The notes below the pieces were generated by a model, which had not been told where the DNA came from, ran no database searches, and was given only the letters and a program-made list of their open reading frames with translations. A stretch of 64,000 nt of DNA from Daphnia carinata (taxonomy: Eukaryota): contig NC_081333.1 in the NCBI RefSeq assembly GCF_022539665.2, forward strand, positions 5,022,001-5,086,000, read 5' to 3'. Both the position numbers and the translations under genes were made by a program. Each line of letters begins with the position of its first letter. Within the stretch, counting starts at the first letter, position 1. This document shows positions 1-11,243 of this stretch, one piece after another.

Positions 1-1979
1 GCAGCGGAAAAACTTGCCTGCAAGTTGCCTCTCATCAGGGTCACACTGAATTGGTTGGATTCTTGTTGTCCAAAGGGGCCTCCATGGAAATCGCTAACGA
101 TAACGGCGATACAGCATTACATTATGCCGCTTTTGGTAACATTATCATGATTTCCCTGCGTTAAAAAATTTTTGTTGTTGATATTATTCGTGACAGAAAT
201 CAGCCCGAAGTTATGGAATTGCTCATTAAAAAAGGAGCTGTCATTGACAGTACGAATCCTGGGCGCTGCACACCTTTGCATGCCGCTGTAAATAAGCAGT
301 TCCCTGCTTGTGTTTAAATGCTCCTCAAATACGGATGTGACGTCAATGTTCAAGTACGAATTTCATAGTCGTACATTAATCATCCCTGATAAGGGCACGT
401 AAAAGTAATCTCCATTCTCCTTTGAAATTGAACTAGGATTCATACGGAGACACGGCCCTGCACGATGCAACCGACAAAGAGAATGCGGGTATTATAGAAG
501 CTTTAGCTTCGTCATCAGCTCTTGATTGTACACTGACGAACACATGAGATTTCAATATGCTTCATCACGCCGCTCTGAAAGGGAATTATGTGTAAGTATG
601 GAACAATGGAACAAAATTTGTTTCATACCAACAGTTAAACATCTTACGGTGTTTTTTAAGCACTGCGGAGCGCATTTTGATGCGCAATCGACAGCTGGTG
701 GATGTGAAAAAGGATGAAGGATTCACCATCCTTCATTTAGCTAGTTTGAATGGCCATGTTCAGGTTGGCGGTTGTTCGTTATCTGGCATTTCCTCGGAGC
801 TCTTTTAAAGCGTTTCTGCGTAATGTTTTTTTTAGATGGCCAAACTGTTATTGGATGGCCAGCGCTGCGTTGATCCACTGAACAACCGGAGGCAGACGCC
901 CTTACTGCTAGCGGTTTCCCAAGGACATGCTCCTCTTGTCGACCTCTTAGTGGAAGCCGGCGCCGATGTGACGGCTGCGGATGAAGATGGTGATACGGGT
1001 ATCCACGTTGCCTGTCTCAAGTTGCATTCACTCCAAGGAGAACCCAGCATTACGATGTCACCCAACAAATTCAGTGTAGGTTTCTTTTGAATTTTATCTT
1101 TCATTGAAAAGGATTTTAACAAATATTTCAAATCAAGATCCAATAATGTTTACATGCGAATGGCCGAAATCCAACTAATAGGTTAGTGATGGCAGTCGCT
1201 TGCTACTTGATGCAGCTTGGTTGTAATCCCGAAGTCCGCAAACGCAGAAACAAAACATGCGTAGACTTTCTTGCTGACTCCTCTGTATGGGAAACGTTGG
1301 TGAGTTACGTTAACCATTGAACTTGGTTTTCACCAGCTTCGGTTGGTGGCGAAATTGCTACTGAGCCTGATTCAGTCGTCATTCCGTGCAAGACAAAAAT
1401 TACCGCTAAAGGGGGGTCGCCCGATGAATCGTGGCCACCTTCTGACGGCACTGAATGCATCGTCTGCTGTGAAAATCCGCCTGATGTGTGTTTTGAACCG
1501 TGTGGCCATGTGTCACCTGCTCCGAATGTACTCAACGGATGAGAAACTGTTTAAAATGCCATGATTTCATTGTTCTCAAATTGAATTTAGGTTATAAAAA
1601 TCGTTTCTAAAGTTTTATTGAGAGTCAAGTTCACTTATAGCTCATGTTCAATTGTGTTTCATTTCAACGTTGTACCCTCTTGCAGATGGCACCCCAACAT
1701 CAAGCCAATCGTCTCAACTGCCCAGCAAAGATCGCTTAAAAAATTTGGAATCTCGTATCGCTGAAATGGATGTGGGTTATACATGTTCCATTTGTATGGA
1801 ACGCCGTAGGAATGTGGTAAATATAAAACATAATGAATTATTTTTTGTTACATAAGCTGAAGTTTATACTTTTGTAGGCTTCCGTTTGCGGCCATGGTGC
1901 GTGTGACAGCTGCTCACAAACGTTACGCATTTGTCATATGTGCCGAAAATTGATCGCATGTAAAATTAATCTGTACTGA
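1..1979 (+). pseudogene. mib2: Mind bomb 2-like E3 ubiquitin ligase, 3' part (ankyrin repeats + two RING fingers), disabled
   Basis: Spliced translation gives ankyrin motifs (GDTALHYAAFG, CTPLHAAVNK, GDTALHDA, QTPLLLAVSQGH). It also gives RING1 CIVCCENPPDVCFEPCGH and terminal RING CSICMERRRNV/ASVCGHGACDSCSQTLRICHMCRKLIACKINLY*. In-frame stops at 315-317 (TAA) and 545-547 (TGA), plus a frameshift in RING1 near 1510. Confidence 0.85.
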
Positions 1980-3122
1980 TCAAAACGAGAATGCGAATGG
2001 TGTTAATGGACGGGTTTGTTCAGCCGTTTGTCCCAAGCAAAAGAAAGTATGCAACGCTTTGCTGCTACCGTTTCCAGTTCAAATAGACAATACTTGGAAA
2101 GTCCCATTTCAAAAACTGCTAGAGCAGGACCTCAGACTATGCAATGTTTCGCCCATCCTAGCCGCACCTCATTTTTGTGTAAATTTTATTTTGGTTAAAT
2201 TCTATATGAAGTCTTCGTCTTTGATTTTGCATGATGATTATATTTAGTTATACTGGATATACTGTTTGTGCCTTGAATACGTTTGCTAAAAAGAATTTTC
2301 TTAGAACTGACTCCGCGTGGTACTGTATCGATTAAGGATCCTTGAAATGACGACATGAAACTGAGTGAAAGTTATAAACTAATCACAGTCTGGATACGAG
2401 TGTAACAGTTACCTGTCATATCACTTGTTCCTTTGGGTTTATGTTATTGGATCTTGAAAAATTGCGCGAATTCTTTCAGTTTCTACCCTTTTAATCGTGA
2501 AAATAGCAATAACAGACGCTTTTATGTCGTAGACACTCACTCAGCGGGAATACTTTTGCACTCCGACATAGAAGGTTGGCGAAAGGATGACGAGTTTGCC
2601 TCTCATCTTGAAAGATGAGGTGTTTGAATAAACACCGTTTGATAGATGACAAAATTCTCTAACTGGAAGTGTGCGTGTTTCAAGGGTTACACATGGAAGA
2701 TGGAAAAGTACAATTTGAAATAAGAACCTCTAGTTAAGGCAAGAAGTGCTTCGAAAGTTTCTGTCTATGCAATCAGTGAATACGGCCATTAATATTAGGA
2801 TGAGCTTAGAGCTTAGACCTATAGTCAGGAATTTGGAACTGCAATAATGCTCAACAGAGCTACTAGAACTAAAAATCTCATTATGCCACATATTATCGTT
2901 GTTGAAGGCTTTTGTTTAGAAGTTAAGATATCACTAATACATCTCTCAAAAGGTTTCACAAAGCTATGAAATGGTAACAGTTCGTACGACGCTTGCATTT
3001 CCGTAAATGGGCTGTAGGTACAAGCACAAATATATTGGCACGTTCAAAACTACATTGTACGTTTCATATTTTTTGAAAGAGTTTCTGTTTCGTCTCCAAT
3101 TTCAAGTCTTGGTTTATCCTGG

Positions 3123-3409
3123 TGTTCCGAATCCTACAGCCCCAAATAGTTAGAAGAGGCTTTATCTAAAACGGTATTGTGCCATAGGCGAAAACGGAGG
3201 CAGGGGAACGTAGACGACGCAACGAGGAGGGAAGATCACCCTTTCGCAAAACAATTAGAGACAAGAATTTGCCTGTTACAGTCACGTCACTCGTTTTCCC
3301 GTAAAAGATTGTAACTTGTAAAATATCAGTATTGAGCTAACGTGCCCGTAAATAAAATACAGAGTGCGAAATTTACCTGCAATCTTAAAGTCAGTACGTA
3401 TCGTTAACA
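3123..3409 (+). repeat. 5' LTR of BEL/Pao element
   Basis: TGTTCCGAATCC...CGTTAACA; no differences seen versus 9875-10161; contains AATAAA. Confidence 0.97.
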
Positions 3410-3412
3410 TTT

Positions 3413-3433
3413 TGGTGCATCGACCGGGAATCG
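3413..3433 (+). promoter_or_regulatory. Primer-binding site complementary to tRNA-Gly(GCC) 3' end
   Basis: TGGTGCATCGACCGGGAATCG lies 3 nt after the LTR. It is the reverse complement of ...CGATTCCCGGTCGATGCACCA, the invertebrate tRNA-Gly(GCC) 3' end as I recall it. Confidence 0.8.
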
Positions 3434-3812
3434 TGAATCCCAACGAACTGATCCGTAAATTGTAGTCGTCTTATCGCTCTGTATCGTCCACATCGTTTAC
3501 GCTACAGCACGAAAACTCATGCTGACGTTGTATCCTATCAAGAGGATCTACAATCAAGCGTTACCTTTAGAACAAAACTTAATTAGACGATTTACGCCAC
3601 ATGTGCTCGCCCCTATAGCACATTGAATCGTCTACGCACGAAGTATTGTCCTAATAACTTGATTGTCGAAACCTTAGCTTGTACCCGTCTCGTCGACAAG
3701 CTCATGCCTTTAAATAACGTCTAAAGTGCATACTCGCAAATCAGTCCCGCGTGGCAGATCACGTAACACGTTGCGTAAACTGATCCCATACGTCATCCGT
3801 TGTCATTCAAGC

Positions 3813-6800
3813 ATGGCCAACGAAGCTTTCCCCCTCGATGTTATTCAAGAAGAAGAACCGGAGGAAGATTTGGAAGAATGGCAAAGGACAAACGACCCCG
3901 CTCAGCTAAAACAGCACCGTACGCAGGCCAAGAGAATCCACACGATGGCACTCAATCAAGCTCTCCTTGCCGTCCGAATGCAGGAAGATGTTGGAACAAT
4001 CGAGATTGAGCGAACAAGCCTGGTTCGTGCATACGACATCGTTGAAAGAATTCACCGTCGCTACGTGGAAGTCTGCAAGTTCGACGGCGAAGATCTAGAC
4101 AGAGAAACCAGCTGGGGAATTGATATTTCCATCAAACACTCGAGGGCATTAACCGACATGGCCAACTACATCGACTCCCTTCAGGCCCGCGCAAGATCAG
4201 TTGCAGGTTCCAGCCGTAGTAGTGTTTCCAACCGTTCATCAACCTCATCGACACGACGTAAACTTCAGGAGGCCGAGCGGTTAGAAAAGGAAACGCAACT
4301 AAGGATTCAACAGGAAAAAGCCGAAGCCTTACAACAAGCCGAAGAGGAAGAACGTAGAATGCAGCTCGAAATCGCCAGAAAGGCAGAGGAAAAGCGGGTT
4401 GAAGCATCACGTAAGGAACGACAACTGAAAATGGAGTTAGAGAGGCAACGTTACACTAGCTCCTTGTTACGTAAACAACTCGCAGACGAATTAGCGGAAA
4501 CCGAAGAGACGGATGAAATCGAAACGTCCGGGTTTGATAAAACAGATGTCTGGAAAACTTCTAACGTCCCATTTCATGCACCCGCTACGCCTGTTCCAGA
4601 ATTCTGCATGCCGTACAGACCAGCAACGACAACGCAACCATGCTCTCAACACGGGCCGGCTGCGTCCCAACAGCCGTTTACGTTTGACCAGCCATCTTCG
4701 TCGTTTCCTAACTTGAACGTCAACGCCTCAAGCTACGCACCCACAAACATATTCGATCGGGTAGCTCAGCAAATCAACTCCAGCGCACGTCCGCCGTCAC
4801 ATCCAACAATCGCGATGTCGGCGCCTCCCGTACACAACCGATTTACGCAACAAACGTTTCCGTCCCAGAGACCAGTTCCTGATTCGCAACCAACGGTGTA
4901 CTCCCCTGATGCCTGGATATTCACCGTGAATCGTCATGACGCACCTCCGACATTTCGTTCATCATCGAGACCGCCGAAAGCTGAACCACCGAAGTTTGAC
5001 GGCAACCCGATAAACTGGCCTATGTTTATCCAGTCATTCAAGGTTCAGATCCACGACACATGTTTCAGCGATGCCGAACGTCAACATCATCTACGTGCAT
5101 GCCTGACGACCGAAATTCAGAAGAACCTCGGTGAAGTTCTACTCAACCCTGGATTATACTCCTTTGCATTAAAAGAGCTGCATCGGAAGTTCGGAAATCC
5201 AAGAATCGTATCAACCGCCTGCTCTTCATTGCTTCTAAAGCTATCTTCGTTTAAAGATAGCGACTACGAATCTTTAAAGCAGTTTTCGTCCACACTCCGT
5301 TCAGTCGTCGCAACTTTGCAACTGGGTGGATATGGATTGGAGCTACACAGCAGCACCACTTTGGCTCAATTGGTTGGAAAATTGCCGCCCAACCTACGCA
5401 GTAAATGGGCCGAAGTGAGCTATCGAATTCAAGATAGATTGCCTACGATACTCGACCTGGACACGTGGCTCGATGACGTTACGATGGCGGAGTATTTCGT
5501 CCGTGTTGGCGTCGACCCCACATTCCAGCAAGGCAGTCATCCGAAGACTCGAGAAAACGTCCACAAATCGTCTAACGAAAAACCGAAGAAGTCGACCACG
5601 CCCCCTATGGTCTTCTCCACAACCGTAAACATCGCATCCTGCCCATATTGTGACGGTGCTCATCGCCTTTACCTCTGTGAGAAGTTTAAGGCGTTAAATC
5701 CCACGGAGCGATCGGAGGTAGTCAAAGAAAAAAGATGCTGTTACCGGTGTCTCGACTACCGCCATCTAAGTTCCGAGTGTAAAAGGGAAAAGGAATGTGG
5801 AACAGAAGATTGTAAACGTCTTCACCACCCTCTTCTCCACGGAGCACCGAGGATGTATCCGAAAACGCCACAATCGAGCCCGACGTCACACTCTTCTCGA
5901 AAGGGCCCATTTAACGGCGCGGTCTCCTACGGCTACGCAAACGAAACGACCCTGCTGCCTATCGTCCCTATGGTAATCGAAGCTAATGGTCGAACCTGGA
6001 CCGGGTACGGATTGTTGGATCCCGGTAGCCAAATCTCAATGATAACCAACGCGCTTGCAAACGAATTGGGACTTCAAGGCGAGAAGGGAATTTCGATAAT
6101 CGGAACGTACCACGGCCGCGACCCAACTGCACACACGACAAAGGTGTCCTTCAGAATCTCGTCGTTGGACAAAAGCAGTTCTTTCGAAATCCCGAACTGT
6201 TACTCCGTTCCCGTCTTAAAAATCAAGAACGAAAACGTCGATCTAAAGAAGCTTGTCAAGGATTGGCCTCATCTAGCTGGATTGAAGGTTCCCGCCCAAA
6301 ATTCCGTGGACGTGAACGTGTTGATCGGCTCGTGTGATATGGCTCCGCAAGAAGTCCTTGAAATCAAAAGAGATCCGTTGAACGAGCGAGCTCCGCGAGG
6401 TCTCCGAACAGCCTTTGGATGGTGTATAGCCGGTCCGATTTCTCCGGCCGCCGTTGCACAACTTCAGTGCAACTCGCTCTCATTAGCGCCCCCACCCGAT
6501 CAAGATCTTGTGAATGCGATCGATCGCTTTCTACTCACCGAGACCTACGAAGCCCGAGCAGGTGTCAAGGTGCCGGTCAGCGACGATGAATTACGTGCAA
6601 ACAAGATCCTAAACGAAACGACAAGATTCGTAGGCGATCGTTACGAGTCGGGATTCCTCTGGAAAAACGAAGAGCCGAACCTCCCCGACAACAGCCAGTC
6701 TACACTAGCTCGCTTCCTAAAGCTAGAACGAAGACTCATCGCCGACGAAAATCTTGGTAGAAGATACTCCGCTGCAATCAACGAATACATCAGCCTTGGT

Positions 6801-9800
6801 CACGCCCGAAAACTTTCAGCCGAGGAGGTCGATTACCGTCCAGCTGGCCGTACCTGGTTTCTACCTCACCACCCTGTGATAAATCCGAAGAAACCTGACA
6901 AATGCCGCCCAGTTTTTGATGCCTCCGCGTACTACAAGGGAATGTCGCTGAACTTTGCCCTGCTGAAAGGACCTGACCTGCTAACCAACTTAATTGGTGT
7001 GTTGCTACGTTTCCGGCAACATCCGATGGCATTGAGCGCGGATATCGTAAAGATGTTCCACCAAGTAAGAGTGCGGCCACAAGACGGGCCGGCACTTCGC
7101 TTCTTCTATCGCGACCCGGGTATACAGGAACCGCCCTCCGTTTACCAAATGAACGTGCAACCCTTCGGCGCAGTTTGCTCCCCGACAATTTGTGCTCACG
7201 TTCTACGTCAAGCAGCCGAAGACGGTGGGATTGATGCAGCCGACGCTTCGAAACAAGTAATCGACCATTTCTACGTGGACAACTGGCTGACGTCATTCCC
7301 AACTGCCGAAGAAGCTATTCAGCAAGCGAAAAGGGTGACAAACGTTCTACGTCGTGGAGGATTCGAGCTCGCCCAGTGGGGCTCATCATGCCCGAAGGTT
7401 CTGCTGTCGTTGCCTGGCAACCCAGTTTCGTCTATCGACTTAGCGCTACACGGAATGCCCATAGAACGGACGTTGGGCCTCTCACTCGACTACGGTAGCG
7501 ACTCGTTCGTAGTGAGTGCAAGCATTAAACTGGATGGAGAGACGAAACGTGAAATACTACGAGAAACGTCAAGCGTCTACGACCCATTTGGTTTTCTCTC
7601 ACCGGTGTTGCTACAAGCTAAACTCATTCTGCAAGCTGTATGCAGAAAATCGGTTGGCTGGGACGATCAACTAGACCAGACGACCATCGATGAGTGGCAA
7701 AATTGGGCCATCTCCCTCTCGAAGCTAAACCCGCTTTCCGTCCCACGATGTTTTTACCCAGAGCTACCAAAAGCACGAGGTGTGGGACTGCATCTGTTTG
7801 CTGACGCCTCCGAATCAGCGTTTGGTGCCATTGCCTATTTTCGTTTCGACATCCCCGACGGCGTTAAAGTGTCATTCGTTATGGCCAAGGCAAGAGTAGC
7901 ACCTATCAAATACGTTTCGATACCCAGACTTGAGCTGTGTGCAGCATTACTCGCCGCCCGCCTAGCATCAGTGATCAAGTCAGAACTTCGACTAAAAATC
8001 GACCAAACCACATTTTGGTCAGATTCGACAACGGTTTTGAGATGGATCAACTCCCCACACTATCGGTTTCATATTTACGTCGGAAACCGAATAGGCGAAG
8101 TATTGGAGCTGTCCGAAAGTAGTCAATGGCGTTACGTCCCTACGGCTCAAAACCCAGCAGATGACGTCAGCCGCGGCGTCACGTCATCTGAATTTTCCAT
8201 CGAACATCGTTTCTTCACCGGTCCGTCTTTCCTCTACCAATCACCTCAAAATTGGCCGGCCTTCCCCGATGTAAAACAGGGAACTAACGAAGTAGAGGAT
8301 CCCGAAGTTCGCTGTACGAGATGGGTTGGTGTGATTCTACACGTAAACGATTCCATCGACCAGCTCACCACGTACACCTCCCGCTATCCGTTTTTAGTCG
8401 GCGTTGTCGGCTACGTCAAACGTTTCATCAGTAACGCTCGTAAAGAAAAAACTCATCGCGAATTCGGCAAATTATCGGAAACCGAGGTCAAGAATGCGGA
8501 AGCAGAATTGTTTAGGCGCGCTCAGATGTCTGCCTTTCCAGAAGATTATAGCAATTTAAAAGAGGGAAAGCAGCTCGATCCTGGTTCAAGCCTAATCACG
8601 TTAACGCCATTCATCGACCATCAAAGAGTTTTACGAGTCGGAGGACGTATTGAAAATGCTCCAGCTCCACCTGAAGCTCGCCATCCGATCATACTTCCAG
8701 CTGATGAGAAAATCACAAAGTTGCTAATTTATAGTCTCCACCTCGAGTTCGCACACTCCACTACAGAGAGAACCTTTCACGAGTTACGAAAGGTTTACTG
8801 GGTTCAACGTGGACGAAAAACGGTGAGAAGAATTATCAGCAAGTGCTTCAAATGCAAGCAACACTACGCAAAAGCACTCTGCCCGATGATGGCCGCCCTT
8901 CCCGGTTACCGTCTGAAGCCTTTCTACCCCGCCTTTACACACACCGGAGTAGATTTCTTTGGCCCGTACAACGTAAAGATATTCAGACGGAAAGTAAAAC
9001 GCTGGGCCTGTTTGTTTACTTGCATGTCATCAAGAGCCGTGCACTTGGAAATGGCATACTCTCTTGACACTTCGTCATTCATCAACTGCATCAGTCGCTT
9101 TGAAGATCGCCGTACGACTCCGCAACATTATCACAGCGATAATGGCACGAACTTTGTTGGAGCTGTGCGTGAATTCTCCGAGTGTCTTCGTCGGATGGAA
9201 CAACTAGCCATAAGAGATGGACGAAAACGAAGAACAGTGACCTGGAGTTTCAACCCACCTGCCGCGCCACATTTTGGTGGAACTTGGGAACGTCTAGTTC
9301 AGTCGTCAAAACGTGCCTTAAGATTCGTACTTAACGAACAAACCCTGACTGACGATACCTTAGTCACCACGTTAATTCAAGTGGAGAAACTTCTCAACGG
9401 CCGCCCGTTAACGTATGTAAGCGTAAACCCGGCGGATCCCGAACCCATCACGCCAAACCATCTTCTCCTTGGACACGAAAATCCGTACGTACCCTTCGAC
9501 ATGTTCGACGAAAACGACATGACGACCAAAAGGCAGTACCGCATCGCTCAGTACCTCACGGATTGTTTCTGGAGACGTTGGATGAGGGAATATCTGCCCA
9601 GCCTTACGGAAAGACGGAAATGGCTATACGGACAAAAGAACCTCAACGTTGGCGACATCGTGATCGTTATTGAGCCAGACACACCCCGTGGAGAATGGCC
9701 CATCGCTCGTGTCGTCAAGGTGTTCTCTGGACCAGATGGCGTGGTCCGCTCCGCGATCGTTCACCTACGTTCGGCCACCAAAACCTCCGAACTTCATCGC

Positions 9801-9905
9801 CCAGCTGTGAAACTCTGCTTGTTGGAGTCTTGGGATACGGATGGTGCGTCCGCTTACGAACGCAGGGCCGGCTATGTTCCGAATCCTACAGCCCCAAATA
9901 GTTAG
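3813..9905 (+). CDS. BEL/Pao gag-pol polyprotein (first ATG 3813; frame open from 3726)
   Basis: Gag FDGNPINW and three Cys-His boxes; protease LLDPGS; RT ADIVKMF/PFG/YVDN; RNase H LFADAS/RLELCA/WSDS/NPADDVSRG; integrase VDFFGP/SDNGTNF/GGTWERLV. Confidence 0.96.
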   Translation: MANEAFPLDVIQEEEPEEDLEEWQRTNDPAQLKQHRTQAKRIHTMALNQALLAVRMQEDVGTIEIERTSLVRAYDIVERIHRRYVEVCKFDGEDLDRETSWGIDISIKHSRALTDMANYIDSLQARARSVAGSSRSSVSNRSSTSSTRRKLQEAERLEKETQLRIQQEKAEALQQAEEEERRMQLEIARKAEEKRVEASRKERQLKMELERQRYTSSLLRKQLADELAETEETDEIETSGFDKTDVWKTSNVPFHAPATPVPEFCMPYRPATTTQPCSQHGPAASQQPFTFDQPSSSFPNLNVNASSYAPTNIFDRVAQQINSSARPPSHPTIAMSAPPVHNRFTQQTFPSQRPVPDSQPTVYSPDAWIFTVNRHDAPPTFRSSSRPPKAEPPKFDGNPINWPMFIQSFKVQIHDTCFSDAERQHHLRACLTTEIQKNLGEVLLNPGLYSFALKELHRKFGNPRIVSTACSSLLLKLSSFKDSDYESLKQFSSTLRSVVATLQLGGYGLELHSSTTLAQLVGKLPPNLRSKWAEVSYRIQDRLPTILDLDTWLDDVTMAEYFVRVGVDPTFQQGSHPKTRENVHKSSNEKPKKSTTPPMVFSTTVNIASCPYCDGAHRLYLCEKFKALNPTERSEVVKEKRCCYRCLDYRHLSSECKREKECGTEDCKRLHHPLLHGAPRMYPKTPQSSPTSHSSRKGPFNGAVSYGYANETTLLPIVPMVIEANGRTWTGYGLLDPGSQISMITNALANELGLQGEKGISIIGTYHGRDPTAHTTKVSFRISSLDKSSSFEIPNCYSVPVLKIKNENVDLKKLVKDWPHLAGLKVPAQNSVDVNVLIGSCDMAPQEVLEIKRDPLNERAPRGLRTAFGWCIAGPISPAAVAQLQCNSLSLAPPPDQDLVNAIDRFLLTETYEARAGVKVPVSDDELRANKILNETTRFVGDRYESGFLWKNEEPNLPDNSQSTLARFLKLERRLIADENLGRRYSAAINEYISLGHARKLSAEEVDYRPAGRTWFLPHHPVINPKKPDKCRPVFDASAYYKGMSLNFALLKGPDLLTNLIGVLLRFRQHPMALSADIVKMFHQVRVRPQDGPALRFFYRDPGIQEPPSVYQMNVQPFGAVCSPTICAHVLRQAAEDGGIDAADASKQVIDHFYVDNWLTSFPTAEEAIQQAKRVTNVLRRGGFELAQWGSSCPKVLLSLPGNPVSSIDLALHGMPIERTLGLSLDYGSDSFVVSASIKLDGETKREILRETSSVYDPFGFLSPVLLQAKLILQAVCRKSVGWDDQLDQTTIDEWQNWAISLSKLNPLSVPRCFYPELPKARGVGLHLFADASESAFGAIAYFRFDIPDGVKVSFVMAKARVAPIKYVSIPRLELCAALLAARLASVIKSELRLKIDQTTFWSDSTTVLRWINSPHYRFHIYVGNRIGEVLELSESSQWRYVPTAQNPADDVSRGVTSSEFSIEHRFFTGPSFLYQSPQNWPAFPDVKQGTNEVEDPEVRCTRWVGVILHVNDSIDQLTTYTSRYPFLVGVVGYVKRFISNARKEKTHREFGKLSETEVKNAEAELFRRAQMSAFPEDYSNLKEGKQLDPGSSLITLTPFIDHQRVLRVGGRIENAPAPPEARHPIILPADEKITKLLIYSLHLEFAHSTTERTFHELRKVYWVQRGRKTVRRIISKCFKCKQHYAKALCPMMAALPGYRLKPFYPAFTHTGVDFFGPYNVKIFRRKVKRWACLFTCMSSRAVHLEMAYSLDTSSFINCISRFEDRRTTPQHYHSDNGTNFVGAVREFSECLRRMEQLAIRDGRKRRTVTWSFNPPAAPHFGGTWERLVQSSKRALRFVLNEQTLTDDTLVTTLIQVEKLLNGRPLTYVSVNPADPEPITPNHLLLGHENPYVPFDMFDENDMTTKRQYRIAQYLTDCFWRRWMREYLPSLTERRKWLYGQKNLNVGDIVIVIEPDTPRGEWPIARVVKVFSGPDGVVRSAIVHLRSATKTSELHRPAVKLCLLESWDTDGASAYERRAGYVPNPTAPNS

Positions 9906-10161
9906 AAGAGGCTTTATCTAAAACGGTATTGTGCCATAGGCGAAAACGGAGGCAGGGGAACGTAGACGACGCAACGAGGAGGGAAGATCACCCTTTCGCA
10001 AAACAATTAGAGACAAGAATTTGCCTGTTACAGTCACGTCACTCGTTTTCCCGTAAAAGATTGTAACTTGTAAAATATCAGTATTGAGCTAACGTGCCCG
10101 TAAATAAAATACAGAGTGCGAAATTTACCTGCAATCTTAAAGTCAGTACGTATCGTTAACA
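9875..10161 (+). repeat. 3' LTR of BEL/Pao element
   Basis: Direct repeat of 3123-3409, followed by TSD CCTGG. Confidence 0.97.
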
Positions 10162-10557
10162 CCTGGTGTTCTCTTTGATGGCATTTGTAGCTTTATGTTC
10201 ACTGTCTTCCATATCTGATTCACTTCAAATGAACTTTCACTTTACTAAGAAATAAAGCACTGACATATTTTGAAAACAAAATTTTATTATACCTGCAGAA
10301 ATTGAAGAAAATATTTTTTTTTACTGGTCCTTTTCCTTCCATAGTGGAGTCTTAATTTTCTGTTAGTCACATTAGGAAACTTGAATGCAAACTAGAAAGG
10401 GATTGACACTGGAATATTTTTGGTTAGAATTAATTCCCCGGATACCTGTTAGCTTTTTATCGAATTTTACCATGCGAAATACACAGCCTCGGTTAACCAG
10501 TTGTTCTTAGTAGATCTAGGCGTGCTTTTCGTCTTCTCCTTGTGTAAGAATGTGAAA

Positions 10558-10720
10558 ATGCCTTCTAACTGTAGTGCCGTTAATTGCAATTAAATGAGAA
10601 GTGATCAATCAGCTTTGTTTCGTAAGTTTCCTAATGATGCTCTGCTACTAGTTATCTAGCTAATACATTGTGCGCCTGTATTTAAGCCTCCAAAATTTCT
10701 GTGTTGTGGTCACTTCACTT
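10558..10720 (+). pseudogene. Degenerate THAP zinc-finger remnant (probably DNA-transposon derived)
   Basis: MPSNCSAVNC...FRKFPND...KFLCCGHF follows the THAP C2CH signature but is interrupted by stops. Confidence 0.5.
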
Positions 10721-10788
10721 TGATCCGCTTTATTGAATACTACAACGTTTTCTAGATAGGCCATACTGAATTCACTAATTGCTGAGCG

Positions 10789-10980
10789 CTAAACAAAGCT
10801 TATTAAACGCTGGAATTTTCCCGGTGCATTAGGTAATCCAAATACCAGCCTATTCCACTCATACACATTATTGGCAACCATAAAGACCGTTTTTTCCTCG
10901 GAGCCAGCGTCCATAATTCGTGTACCCCAGCTGGTTAAACAGACCCCGTTCAAAATCCAGCAGATGACGGCGCGAAACAA
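10789..10980 (-). mobile_element. Ty3/gypsy reverse transcriptase fragment
   Basis: EKTVF...YEWNRLVFGLPNAPGKFQRL resembles the gypsy RT KTAF...YEF.RMPFGL.NAP..FQR motif. Confidence 0.75.
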
Positions 10981-11243
10981 GTAACGGAAAATCAGTTCGG
11001 AAACCTAGTTGGTTCCATAGCTCGGTAGTTCGATTTTAACTGGATCACTGCCTTTCAACGTCCGGTTTATTACTTCATTTCACAGTCCTGAACAGCAATA
11101 AGGGGCATTTTTCTTTAAAGGTAATGAGATGGTCAGAGTTTTTTTTTGGAAAATAGTGTACTTTCACCTTTTTCTGTATATTTCTACAACCCATAGTTTT
11201 TGCAGAATTCCTCAAACCAAAAACTGTATATTTTTATATCAAG

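Larger units (their letters stand above)
3123..10161 (+). mobile_element. Full-length BEL/Pao LTR retrotransposon
   Basis: Two 287-bp TG...CA LTRs, a 5-bp TSD CCTGG (3118-3122 and 10162-10166), a PBS and a single gag-pol ORF. Confidence 0.97.

Noticed and set aside
3800..9901. Short alternative-frame and antisense ORFs inside the BEL ORF
   Set aside because: They are shadows of the gag-pol frame with no recognisable motifs.
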